DNA of 35,660 bases from Bacteriovoracaceae bacterium (GTDB lineage: Bacteria; Bdellovibrionota; UBA2428), in the NCBI GenBank assembly GCA_947467125.1, contig CANIGN010000003.1:1-35660 (forward strand), written 5' to 3'. Shown one piece after another: positions 1 through 8,521 of this stretch. Every line of letters starts with the position of its first letter. Positions within the stretch are counted from its first letter, which is position 1. A program made the position numbers and the translations under genes. The notes beneath the pieces were generated by a model. The model had not been told where the DNA came from and made no database searches. It worked only from the letters and a program-made list of their open reading frames with translations.

Positions 1-948
1 ACCCTGAGCGCGAATTTCAAATTTTAAACCAAACTCTTTTCCATTCCAAGGCAAAGAAGCTCGCTCCCAATTCAAAAGACAATAATCAGAATCAGGATCT
101 TCTCCATAACGAAAAACTTTTTTGTTTTGAGCCTTCAAACTCACTGCAATTTTTTCAACACTTGTTGGACGAGGAGCGGACAACTGATCAACGAGCAACC
201 AGCCCTGAGAAGTTAGCTGAGCCAGCTTCAAGAAACTATTTTCAATTTGTTCAACAGTTGAAAAAATATCTGCATGATCAAATTCAATTCCCGTTCCCAC
301 AACCCACGTCGGACGATAGTGTAAAAACTTAGATTCTTTATCCCAATAAGCTGTATCGTACTCGTCGCCTTCACTCACAAAGACACTTGATCCCCAGCGA
401 GAGCCGCATTCAAAGTTTTTAGGAATTCCCCCTATGAAAAACCCTGGGTCTTTTCTTAAAACTTCAAAGGCCCAAGCAAGTAAAGAAGTTGTTGTTGTTT
501 TTCCGTGAGTTCCAGCCACCACAAAACTTTCTCGCTGAGCAATGACAAAATGACCAATCGCCTCGGGAAAGCTCATTTTCTTGAGGAGTCCTTTCACAAC
601 AAGCTTTTCCATTTCTTGCGCTTCTAAATTTGTACGAGAAATGGCATTTCCTACGATCACCACATCCGGATATTTTTGCTCAATTCCCCAGCTAGATCCG
701 CTTAAATTCTCAGGATCAAAAGTTGCCTTCAAAGGAATTTTTTGAGCCTCTAAAAAAGTGCTCATCGGAGGATAAAGTGGTCCATCACTTCCTGTGACTT
801 TTGCACCTGAATTTTTAAAAAGTCCCGCAAGGGCACCCATACCTGTTCCGCCAATAGCTAAGAAATGAACCCAAGGCACTTCACCAGATTTTTTTTGAAT
901 ACCAATAGATGCTAAGTCCAAGATTTTTGATCCGCTAAAGTTTTCCAT
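1..948 (-). CDS. mpl: Mpl/MurC-family Mur ligase, most likely murein peptide ligase Mpl (3' end runs off the window)
   Basis: Absent from the ORF track; translated by hand from ATG at 948 and open to base 1: MENFSGSKILDL...VHFLAIGGTGMGALAGLFKNSGAKVTGSDGPLYPPMSTFL, GNAISR, VVAGTHGKTTTTSLLAW (P-loop), EGDEYDTAYWDKESKFLHY, EFDHADIF. The YPPMST and FDHADIF motifs are Mpl-type. Confidence 0.88.
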   Translation of the reverse strand, partial: MENFSGSKILDLASIGIQKKSGEVPWVHFLAIGGTGMGALAGLFKNSGAKVTGSDGPLYPPMSTFLEAQKIPLKATFDPENLSGSSWGIEQKYPDVVIVGNAISRTNLEAQEMEKLVVKGLLKKMSFPEAIGHFVIAQRESFVVAGTHGKTTTTSLLAWAFEVLRKDPGFFIGGIPKNFECGSRWGSSVFVSEGDEYDTAYWDKESKFLHYRPTWVVGTGIEFDHADIFSTVEQIENSFLKLAQLTSQGWLLVDQLSAPRPTSVEKIAVSLKAQNKKVFRYGEDPDSDYCLLNWERASLPWNGKEFGLKFEIRAQG

Positions 949-1961
949 AATTCTCTTCTATTATTTTGCCAGAGAAGAGAGAAGAATTTTACTCGTAAAT
1001 GACGAATTTCTTCCATTGAAGCTTCTTGGTGAGAAGGATAGATGCGATTCGTTAAAAGCGTTCCACCCATCTTTAGAGCAGGATCCCACCAAAGCGCCGT
1101 TCCCGTATATCCCAAGTGGCCTATAACCGACTCCGCAGAGGCTCCTTTTCCAGCTTGAGTATCCTGACCGGTTGGTCGATCCCATCCACACCAAAAACGA
1201 TGTGTATGCTGAGGAGAAAAATAATATCTTACTTTTGAACTCAGCAGCTCACTTGTCTGCCAATTTTTCATCAACACAAGCCAGCTCCAAACTCCTGCAC
1301 ACGTTCCAAAAAGTCCTGCATGAGGAGCCACTTGCTGCATAAACAAGGCATTGTCATCGTTCACTTCGCCCTCTTGATGACGCTTTTCCGTTGGGCAAAC
1401 TTTAATGTTTCGAATTAACGGACCAAAGAAAAGATCATTTTTGGGAAGATGATATTTAACTTTAAAAGCTTCCCACAACTGTGAGAGATCTTTTTTGGAC
1501 AGCAATTCCAACAAGGCTCCCAAAACCCAAAAGTTGAGGTCAGAATAAATTGTTTCTTTATCTGGTAAGGACTGAATTCCATCGTTATGAATTCTTTTAA
1601 AAATGCTTTCCCACATTTCCTGACGATTTAAAGGCGAGCACTTACGATTTTTGTGAGTACTCAGCTCAATGTGAGGCTTTAAACCAGAACGATGATCCCA
1701 GAGCTGAGCAACCGTCAACTCCGAGAGAGGAGCTTTCAAATGAGGAAGCAAAGAAGCTAGTTTTTTTTCTCTAAACTCTAAAAGGTCGATTGATTTTGTG
1801 AGGCAATAATCAACAAGCAAAGAACCCGTGACAATAACTTTAGTAAGAGAGGCTAAATCAAAAAAAATATCTTTCGCTTCTGCTGCTCGTCCCCAACCGG
1901 CATGAAATTCTGCACGATCTAGGTCCAAACTTCCCGCACAAGCCACCCCTGTTTCGATCAT
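912..1961 (-). CDS. Beta-lactamase-family (class C/AmiE-like) serine hydrolase
   Basis: SxxK motif (ASLTKV), YSD (YxN equivalent), HAGLFG, HLGYTGT, LLTNRIYP. Its 3' end overlaps the mpl start by 37 bp. Confidence 0.85.
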   Translation of the reverse strand: MIETGVACAGSLDLDRAEFHAGWGRAAEAKDIFFDLASLTKVIVTGSLLVDYCLTKSIDLLEFREKKLASLLPHLKAPLSELTVAQLWDHRSGLKPHIELSTHKNRKCSPLNRQEMWESIFKRIHNDGIQSLPDKETIYSDLNFWVLGALLELLSKKDLSQLWEAFKVKYHLPKNDLFFGPLIRNIKVCPTEKRHQEGEVNDDNALFMQQVAPHAGLFGTCAGVWSWLVLMKNWQTSELLSSKVRYYFSPQHTHRFWCGWDRPTGQDTQAGKGASAESVIGHLGYTGTALWWDPALKMGGTLLTNRIYPSHQEASMEEIRHLRVKFFSLLWQNNRRELWKTLADQKSWT

Positions 1962-2036
1962 AATGAATCAGTTAACAGAATAACTCGGGTCCTATACAAG
2001 CGCTAGAGAGACCCAATCAAATAATTGAATACGAGC

Positions 2037-3185
2037 TTAGCTCTTGTAACGTAAAAAAATCATCCGACCACGGCCACTCAAAATCAAAATGCGCTGGCTA
2101 TCTGAAAAAGGACGAGAAACGATTCCCTCACCTAAATACTTTTCTTCAATAAGAGTGCCCTTTTTAAGATCAATCAAATGAACTCCAAAACGTGTTGAAA
2201 CAAACATTCCCACACCTTTCTTGAGTTCCACAATATCACCAGCCAAACCTTTTTGATCTAAAGTCATTTCCCAAAGAAGCTTCTTCGTCGAAATCTGATA
2301 CTTTCGAACGCTTCCATCTTGTGTCGAATAAGTAATACTTCCTTCGTTAAAATCAACCAAAGGCAAGAAACCAGACGCATCTGGAAAACTATCAATCGAA
2401 GAACCGTCCGAAGTTTTTACAACTTGAATGGAAAAATCAGGCAAAGCGACATAAAGAGTGGATCCATCTGGAGAAAGAACGGGCTCAGTATCCGCATCTT
2501 GAAAACGACCCTTGCGATTGAAAGCTCTTTCCCAAATCGTTTCACCCGTTGCAGAATTAAGAGCCAACAGTACCCCGTCTGAAAAACCTAGATACAACTT
2601 AGAACCATCTGCACTTAAAACACCTGCAGTATTTCCTCGAAGAGACCAGTAAAAAGTAGCCGCCGGAGAAGGCCGGCGAAGTGTCCAAAGTTCCTGACCG
2701 CTCTCTGAATTCAACGCCCACAAAACGTTATCTGCAGTTGCGACATAAAGTTTTGAAGCTCCATAAACAAGATTCCCCAAAGATTCAGCACTCAATTTTT
2801 TGCGCCAAAGTTCTTCGCCTTTGTTCAAAGAATAACAATAAACAAAACCATCCAATGCCCCTACAAAAACTCGATCGCCTTCAACAACGGGCCGAGAAGC
2901 GACACCGACTTTATAGGTTTTCTTCCATTTAAAACTGCCGTTTTGAGTATCAAAACGACCAAAAGATCCCCCTATGGTTCCCACAAGGAAGTCAGTCGGA
3001 GACACTTGAACAAGACCTGCAAAAGAGCCTAAATTTGCTCCGCGATTGTTTAAAGCGCCTCTTTCGATCTCAACTTCTCCTAACCCCTGAATGAGAGAGT
3101 GAGGCTTTTCACTCTTAGGAACAGTCAGTTTGTGCGTAGAGCATCCTGTAAAAAGCAAAGCGAAGAGGAAAGAAACTTTCTTCAT
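2037..3185 (-). CDS. bamB: BamB-like PQQ beta-propeller lipoprotein
   Basis: Lipobox LFTGC; repeated PQQ-type blades (G..LW, ALN..TGE.IW); directly downstream of a YfgM-like gene, as in the conserved yfgM-bamB pair. Confidence 0.75.
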   Translation of the reverse strand: MKKVSFLFALLFTGCSTHKLTVPKSEKPHSLIQGLGEVEIERGALNNRGANLGSFAGLVQVSPTDFLVGTIGGSFGRFDTQNGSFKWKKTYKVGVASRPVVEGDRVFVGALDGFVYCYSLNKGEELWRKKLSAESLGNLVYGASKLYVATADNVLWALNSESGQELWTLRRPSPAATFYWSLRGNTAGVLSADGSKLYLGFSDGVLLALNSATGETIWERAFNRKGRFQDADTEPVLSPDGSTLYVALPDFSIQVVKTSDGSSIDSFPDASGFLPLVDFNEGSITYSTQDGSVRKYQISTKKLLWEMTLDQKGLAGDIVELKKGVGMFVSTRFGVHLIDLKKGTLIEEKYLGEGIVSRPFSDSQRILILSGRGRMIFLRYKS

Positions 3186-3895
3186 TAGCGAACCAATCCT
3201 GCCTCATAAACTCGAGCGGCTTGCTCGTAATAAGTTCCCGGAAAATCTACTTCAAGTTTTTTCACAAGAGTCTCAATCTCTTTATCTCTTGAAAGAGCTT
3301 TTAAAATCCTCACTCTTGCAAGAATCGACTCAGCAGCAATCATCGTTTTTTCATTTTTTGAAAGCTCTTCAAAATAACTTAAAGCTTCTGTTTTTTTATT
3401 CATGGACTCAAGGGTGTACCCTTTTCCAAGTTGCGCCGTTAAGGTCAAAACATCAGAAGGCAAATTGTTTCCAAACTTAATCACATCTTCAAAGTTTTTC
3501 AGGGCTGAATCATATTTTGCCTCTAAAAAATCTAGAGAAGCCAGACGTATACGACTTGATTGAGCCGCATTCGTCTTTGGAAATTCTGCAACAATCTCGC
3601 TGAGGGTTTTTCTCATCTTATCTTTTTTATCTTGGGACCATTCCATTCGAAGCTTTACAAATTCTTGGCTAAAAAGACGCGCATTAGACTTGAGTCCTTC
3701 GCCCTCTGCTTTTTCAACTTCAAAAAGCTTTTCAGTCGCTAACTTTTCAGTTTTGTCAGACTGTTCTTTTACAACATATTTCCCAAAAGAGATCGCCATC
3801 ACAAGAAGTGCAGCACCCACAAATAAGGTCCAAAAACGTTTACTCTCTAAAACACTGAGGATGCTTTGTTGAAAAGGTGTCAATTGATTGTCCAT
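3185..3895 (-). CDS. YfgM-like membrane-anchored tetratricopeptide-repeat protein
   Basis: One N-terminal TM helix, then TPR-like helices (EFPKTNAA, DFPGTYY). The start is probably ATG 3895 (MDNQ) rather than 3913. Stop overlaps the bamB start. Confidence 0.75.
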   Translation of the reverse strand: MDNQLTPFQQSILSVLESKRFWTLFVGAALLVMAISFGKYVVKEQSDKTEKLATEKLFEVEKAEGEGLKSNARLFSQEFVKLRMEWSQDKKDKMRKTLSEIVAEFPKTNAAQSSRIRLASLDFLEAKYDSALKNFEDVIKFGNNLPSDVLTLTAQLGKGYTLESMNKKTEALSYFEELSKNEKTMIAAESILARVRILKALSRDKEIETLVKKLEVDFPGTYYEQAARVYEAGLVR

Positions 3896-3967
3896 AAAAT
3901 GCGAGGCTACCATGACATATTCATGCTTTCAGCTAGCCGGGAGTTAAAAAACTTTTCCAAGAATGGT

Positions 3968-3973
3968 TATAAT
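3968..3973 (+). promoter_or_regulatory. sigma70-type -10 box, probable leaderless promoter
   Basis: Perfect TATAAT ending 6 nt before ATG 3980; no Shine-Dalgarno sequence. Confidence 0.5.
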
Positions 3974-3979
3974 AACCCT

Positions 3980-4744
3980 ATGCGGCCTTTTAGAAAGTTA
4001 AAATATTTTCTCCTCGCAGGAGCTTTGCTCAACACCCTCTCCCTTTATGCACAAGAAAACATGAACGGGAATCTCTACGACGACTACACTGCCTTTGACA
4101 GCGACCCTGTGCAACTTGACGAAGAAGTCAGTCGATACTTTGGGCGTTTCTTTGAATCTGATTTTCTTTTAGGTGCGGGATTATTTACAGGCGACCTTGC
4201 TAAATCAAATGCTTCCGGATTTGACCTCGGTGTCCGCTTTGTTTTTTATTTTGATAAATTATGGGGAGGCGAATTAGGCGCTGGATATTTTTCCCACAAA
4301 AGTTTTTACAATCAAAGCAATACAGGTCTTACAAAACTCAACATCAACCTTGATACAGTGATGATCCCCATGAGCCTTGGCCTTCGCTATTCTTTTGACC
4401 GTGACAATTTGCCTCGAGGGATTTCAATGATGAATCCCTATGTCGCTGTTGCAGGCGAGCTTATGTTTCGCAGTGAAGGCGTAAAATATGACTCAAATAC
4501 AGATGCCCTTACCGATGCAGACCTCAAAGCAAAATTTGCTCCAGGCGCCGTGGTTAACACAACAGCTTTTGGTGTGAATATTGGGGGAGGCTTTGCCTTT
4601 GACGTCTACAAAAGCAAGATTCTTTTGGGAATGGACGTACGCTATCACTTTTTATACTGGCCAGACGCAGAGATTATGGTCGGCGCTCTTAGCCGAACAG
4701 GCGGATACTTCACCGCAATGGGACAAGTTTGTTATAATTACTAG
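3980..4744 (+). CDS. Outer-membrane beta-barrel protein
   Basis: Start taken at ATG 3980 (MRPFRKLKYFLLAGALLNTLSLYA, a signal peptide); amphipathic beta strands rich in G/F/Y; aromatic C-terminus (CYNY). Confidence 0.7.
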   Translation: MRPFRKLKYFLLAGALLNTLSLYAQENMNGNLYDDYTAFDSDPVQLDEEVSRYFGRFFESDFLLGAGLFTGDLAKSNASGFDLGVRFVFYFDKLWGGELGAGYFSHKSFYNQSNTGLTKLNINLDTVMIPMSLGLRYSFDRDNLPRGISMMNPYVAVAGELMFRSEGVKYDSNTDALTDADLKAKFAPGAVVNTTAFGVNIGGGFAFDVYKSKILLGMDVRYHFLYWPDAEIMVGALSRTGGYFTAMGQVCYNY

Positions 4745-4777
4745 GATCTTTCTAAGTTAGTTGATTATCATTAAAAT

Positions 4778-5182
4778 ATGGAACTCAAAACGACTCCTAT
4801 TTATGCTGCCATTCTTGGATTATTCTTTGTCTATTTGAGTTTTCTCACCATAAAGGCAAGAAGAAAAAATAAAATCGCAATTGGAGACGGAAACAATTTA
4901 GTCTTACAAAGAGCCATTCGAATCCACGGAAATTTTTCGGAATACGCTCCCCTTACAATTCTATTAGTAAGTTTTGTAGAATTGCTGGGTTACCCTCATT
5001 TTCTAATACACTCCTTAATGTTTGCATTTTTAATAGGAAGAATTTCGCATTTATATGGAGTGAGCAAACCTAAAGAAGACTTTAGATTTAGAGTCTTTGG
5101 AATCGCGACAACATTAAGTGTGATTGTGATTTCTTCAATTCTAATACTAGTAAATTCAATCCTAGTAACCCGCTTTTTCTAA
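4778..5182 (+). CDS. MAPEG family membrane protein (YecN-like)
   Basis: 134 aa with several TM helices; motifs IGDG, RAIRIHGNFSEYAP, GRISHLYG. Confidence 0.88.
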   Translation: MELKTTPIYAAILGLFFVYLSFLTIKARRKNKIAIGDGNNLVLQRAIRIHGNFSEYAPLTILLVSFVELLGYPHFLIHSLMFAFLIGRISHLYGVSKPKEDFRFRVFGIATTLSVIVISSILILVNSILVTRFF

Positions 5183-5254
5183 ATTTGAAATGATCTAAAC
5201 CACTATCTTCAAAAAAACATATAAAAAAACACGCTTAACTCGTTTGATCAGCCC

Positions 5255-5315
5255 CATAACCCCACACCTCAAACCTGCTTATAACAAAGCAATCTTTCTA
5301 TCGCGTAGAGTTATG
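5255..5315 (-). terminator. Long stem-loop between convergent MAPEG and uvrC genes (terminator or stabilising hairpin)
   Basis: On the minus strand CAUAACUCUACGC pairs with GUGUGGGGUUAUG (13 bp, including G-U pairs); inner stem UGCUU/AAGCA. Confidence 0.35.
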
Positions 5316-5334
5316 TTGAAAATATTATCTGTAA

Positions 5335-7047
5335 TTATTTAGGAAGCTGATCTCTTCTTTTGCGATGAAAGCTAATCGCAAAACGATGCGCCTCATCACG
5401 AATTTCCGTTACCAAACGCAAGACCTCAAGACTTTTAACTGCTTTTGGAAGCTTTACACCCGGCAAAAAAATACGCTCCTCTGAAATCTCTAGTTTGTGA
5501 GATTTAAAGCTACGCTCCGTTCGTGCTTTTGCAAGCCCTACAGCTGGAAAATGCACCCCTACTTCTTTCATAGCTAAAAGAACGCTCTCTAGTTGAGCTT
5601 TTCCCCCGTCTACAATCAGCAAATCAGGACGAGGACTATCGGGCTTCCCATAACGCCTTCGAACAACTTCCCTTAAGCTTCCAAAATCATCCTGCCCCTC
5701 GATCCCTTTGATTATATAATTTCGATACTCGGAACTTTGTTTTTTTCCACCTTCAAAAACAACCACGGCTGCAACGTTTTCACTTCCTTGAAAATTAGAA
5801 ATATCCAAACATTCAATGCGATTAACCTTATGATCTAACTTTAAAAACTTTCTCAATTGTTCCACTGAATCGCGACGCTTTTCTCGAAGCTGAAGCTGCT
5901 CTTCACCAACAGATCGAGCGTTCGAAAGAGCCAAATCCCATAGCTTCCACAATTTATCACCACTATCTGGAGCGTTTATTTTTTCAAAAGCGAAAGGGAG
6001 ATCCTGTTTTTCCTCAGAGGTTTTTTTCAAAAAATCAGAAAGCAGAGTTCTTTGCTCTTGAGAAAACTCAGGAGAAATTACAACTTCCGATGGAATCTCT
6101 GCCTTTAAATAATAGCTCGAAAGCAAGCTCACAAACTCCTCTTGGTCCACAAAGCTTTCTTCCGCAAGAATGGGGAAATGTTTACGCCCCCACCACTTTC
6201 CCTCTCGAAACTGAAGCAAAATCAAATCTAAATCAGAATTTTCCTGAGGATTTTTAAAGAAATCAGCGGGCCAATAAGCCCATACATCACGACTTTTTTG
6301 ATCATTTAAATCCACAGCTCGTTGCTCTGTTTGCAAATCATCAAGAGCTTTTAAACGATCCCGAACTTTTCCAGCCTCTTCAAAATGAAGCTGCTCAGAA
6401 AGCAATTCCATTTCTTTTTTCCACTCTTCCTTGAGACTGAGATTCTCCCCTTTCAAAAAAGCAATAAAATCAGAAATCTGCTTTGAATACTTCTCCTTAT
6501 CGACATAACTCACACAGGGAGCTGTGCACTGACCGATCTGATAGCTCAAACAAGGTCTGGAGCGATTGGCAAACTCAGTATCCCTGCAATCACGAATCAA
6601 AAAAGCTTTCGAGGCCAACTGAAGAAGTTGCCTGAGTGCATAAGGATTGGGGTAAGGGCCAAAATAAAGTCCCGAGTTAGCACGAGCTTTTCGAGCATAG
6701 TACGCTCGAGGAAAATCATGATTTGTATCGATCCAAAGATAGGGATAAGTCTTGTCGTCTTTTAATCGGATGTTGTAGCGCGGACGATGTTTTTTGATGA
6801 GCGTATTTTCAAGTAAAAGAGCTTCAATTTCTGTGTCTGTTTGCAAAAATTCTAGCGATTTAATTTTTGAAACGAGCACATGAGTTTTGGCACTTTCATG
6901 TTTGCCACGAAAATAACTCTGAATTCGAAGGCGAATGTTTTTTGCTTTTCCTACATAAAGGATGTCACCCGCTTCATCCTTCATAATATAGCAACCCGGA
7001 GTTTTAGGAGCGTCCGCGATTTGCTCATCTAAAAGTATCCGAGTCAT
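5335..7047 (-). CDS. uvrC: Excinuclease ABC subunit C (lacks the C-terminal HhH2 domain)
   Basis: GIY-YIG domain (PGCYIM, LYVGKAKN, EALLLE, PRYNIRLKDDKTYPY), Cys cluster (C..RPCL...IGQCTAPC), UVR domain (FEEAGKVRD), RNase H-like domain (ECLDISN, DDF, VDGGKAQ, RDEAHRFAI). Start probably ATG 7047. Confidence 0.95.
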   Translation of the reverse strand: MTRILLDEQIADAPKTPGCYIMKDEAGDILYVGKAKNIRLRIQSYFRGKHESAKTHVLVSKIKSLEFLQTDTEIEALLLENTLIKKHRPRYNIRLKDDKTYPYLWIDTNHDFPRAYYARKARANSGLYFGPYPNPYALRQLLQLASKAFLIRDCRDTEFANRSRPCLSYQIGQCTAPCVSYVDKEKYSKQISDFIAFLKGENLSLKEEWKKEMELLSEQLHFEEAGKVRDRLKALDDLQTEQRAVDLNDQKSRDVWAYWPADFFKNPQENSDLDLILLQFREGKWWGRKHFPILAEESFVDQEEFVSLLSSYYLKAEIPSEVVISPEFSQEQRTLLSDFLKKTSEEKQDLPFAFEKINAPDSGDKLWKLWDLALSNARSVGEEQLQLREKRRDSVEQLRKFLKLDHKVNRIECLDISNFQGSENVAAVVVFEGGKKQSSEYRNYIIKGIEGQDDFGSLREVVRRRYGKPDSPRPDLLIVDGGKAQLESVLLAMKEVGVHFPAVGLAKARTERSFKSHKLEISEERIFLPGVKLPKAVKSLEVLRLVTEIRDEAHRFAISFHRKRRDQLPK

Positions 7048-7054
7048 AAGCTCA

Positions 7055-7083
7055 AGAATGCCACGCACTCAAGATCTTCGCAA
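7055..7083 (-). promoter_or_regulatory. sigma70-type promoter for uvrC, probably leaderless
   Basis: TTGCGA(7083-7078)-N17-CATTCT(7060-7055) with an extended TG, ending 7 nt before ATG 7047. Confidence 0.5.
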
Positions 7084-7093
7084 CGAGACTTGT

Positions 7094-7122
7094 TTGCTCC
7101 AAAAAACTTCGCTAACTATGAT
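7094..7122 (+). promoter_or_regulatory. sigma70-type promoter for the glucoamylase-PTS operon
   Basis: TTGCTC-N17-TATGAT, ending 17 nt before ATG 7140. Confidence 0.55.
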
Positions 7123-7139
7123 TCAGTTCCCAGAAACAT

Positions 7140-8489
7140 ATGAATTTTAACTTTCTTAATTTTTTAAATCTCTTTTTTATTTTGCAAATTTCTTTTCTCC
7201 AAACTTCAAATGCAAAAAACATTCAAATCACTCCTGACGATCCTCTTCAAAAAACTTTCGAATCTTCTTTAAAAAATCTTTTTCAAAATCTTGATCGTCA
7301 AGACATTACAAAAGGTGCTGTCATTGCCTCTCCAAGCAAAGTTGCGCCCAATTATTTTTTTCATTGGACTCGAGACGCAGCCCTCACTCACCAAGCTCTT
7401 TTCCACGTTTACTCCCAGACAAAAGACCCTGCCCTTAAGCAAAAAATCAAACAAAGCGCTCTCAATTGGATTGAATTTGAAACAAAAGCCCAAAAAAACG
7501 CAGAAGAAGCAACGGCCTCTCTAGGAGAACCACGCTATCACACCGATGGCAGAGTGAATGTCGACCCGTGGGGTCGCCCTCAAAACGATGGTCCTGCCGC
7601 AAGAGCGATAAGTCTCAGTTTATGGGCACTTTCTTTTCTCGATCAAAACGAACACGCTTTTGTTGAAGAAAAAATTTACCGTGCTGAACTTCCCGCACAA
7701 AGCCTTCTTAAAAAAGATCTTGAATATGTTTCCAAGCACTGGCGTGAGCCTTGTTTTGACCTTTGGGAAGAAGTCAAAGGATTGCACTTTTTTACTCTCG
7801 CCCTTCAAAGAAAAGCTCTCCTTTTAGGCTCAATCCTTGCCGAAAGAATGAACGATCAAGGCGCTGCCCTTTGGTACAAAAGCCAAGCTACTGAAATCAA
7901 AAAAGTGCTTATTTCCTTTATCTCACCTCTCAATCATTCCATAAGTGCAACCCTTTCTCAGACAGAGGGATGGGGACATAAAAAATCAAATCTTGATATC
8001 GCTGTGATTATAGGAAGCAATCACGCTTTTTTTAGCCATGCTTTTTTTGAAGGTGATGAAATTTTTGTGGACTATCAAAAAGAATTTCTAGAAACGACTC
8101 AAACCCTGGAAAATAAATTTAAAGAGCTCTATCCGCTCAACCAGGAAGACCCAAAACTTGCAACAGCTTTTGGTCGTTATCCGGAAGACGTCTATGATGG
8201 AAACGACTTCTCAGGAGGCAATCCCTGGTTTATTGCAACTCATGCAGCAGCTGAATTTTATTGCCAATACTCAAAAAGACTTAAAACTCTAGGAGCTCCT
8301 CTTTCAAACAGAGAGGAATTTCATGCAAAAGGATTAAAATTCCTAGAGCGAAGCGCTCGTCATATCAATCAAGAAAACGGAGAAATGACCGAGCAATTTT
8401 CGCGTTTCAACGGTTATTTAATTGGTGCAAGCCATTTAACGTGGAGCTATGCTAGTTTCATCAGCGCGTATTTAAGCTGCGCCGACTAG
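7140..8489 (+). CDS. Secreted GH15 glucoamylase of the fungal/eukaryotic type
   Basis: Signal peptide (..LQTSNA|K). Fungal glucoamylase motifs: ASPS..PNYFFHWTRDAA, LGEP, WGRPQNDGPAARA, FDLWEEV (catalytic acid), GRYPEDVYDG..GGNPWF, EQF (catalytic base), LTWSYASF. No starch-binding module. Confidence 0.92.
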   Translation: MNFNFLNFLNLFFILQISFLQTSNAKNIQITPDDPLQKTFESSLKNLFQNLDRQDITKGAVIASPSKVAPNYFFHWTRDAALTHQALFHVYSQTKDPALKQKIKQSALNWIEFETKAQKNAEEATASLGEPRYHTDGRVNVDPWGRPQNDGPAARAISLSLWALSFLDQNEHAFVEEKIYRAELPAQSLLKKDLEYVSKHWREPCFDLWEEVKGLHFFTLALQRKALLLGSILAERMNDQGAALWYKSQATEIKKVLISFISPLNHSISATLSQTEGWGHKKSNLDIAVIIGSNHAFFSHAFFEGDEIFVDYQKEFLETTQTLENKFKELYPLNQEDPKLATAFGRYPEDVYDGNDFSGGNPWFIATHAAAEFYCQYSKRLKTLGAPLSNREEFHAKGLKFLERSARHINQENGEMTEQFSRFNGYLIGASHLTWSYASFISAYLSCAD

Positions 8490-8521
8490 GAATACGTAAG
8501 AATACGAAGGATGGACAAAAA

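Noticed and set aside
912-1961. Antibiotic-resistance beta-lactamase
   Set aside because: No obvious signal peptide, HLG instead of KTG, and coupling to mpl point to a housekeeping hydrolase.
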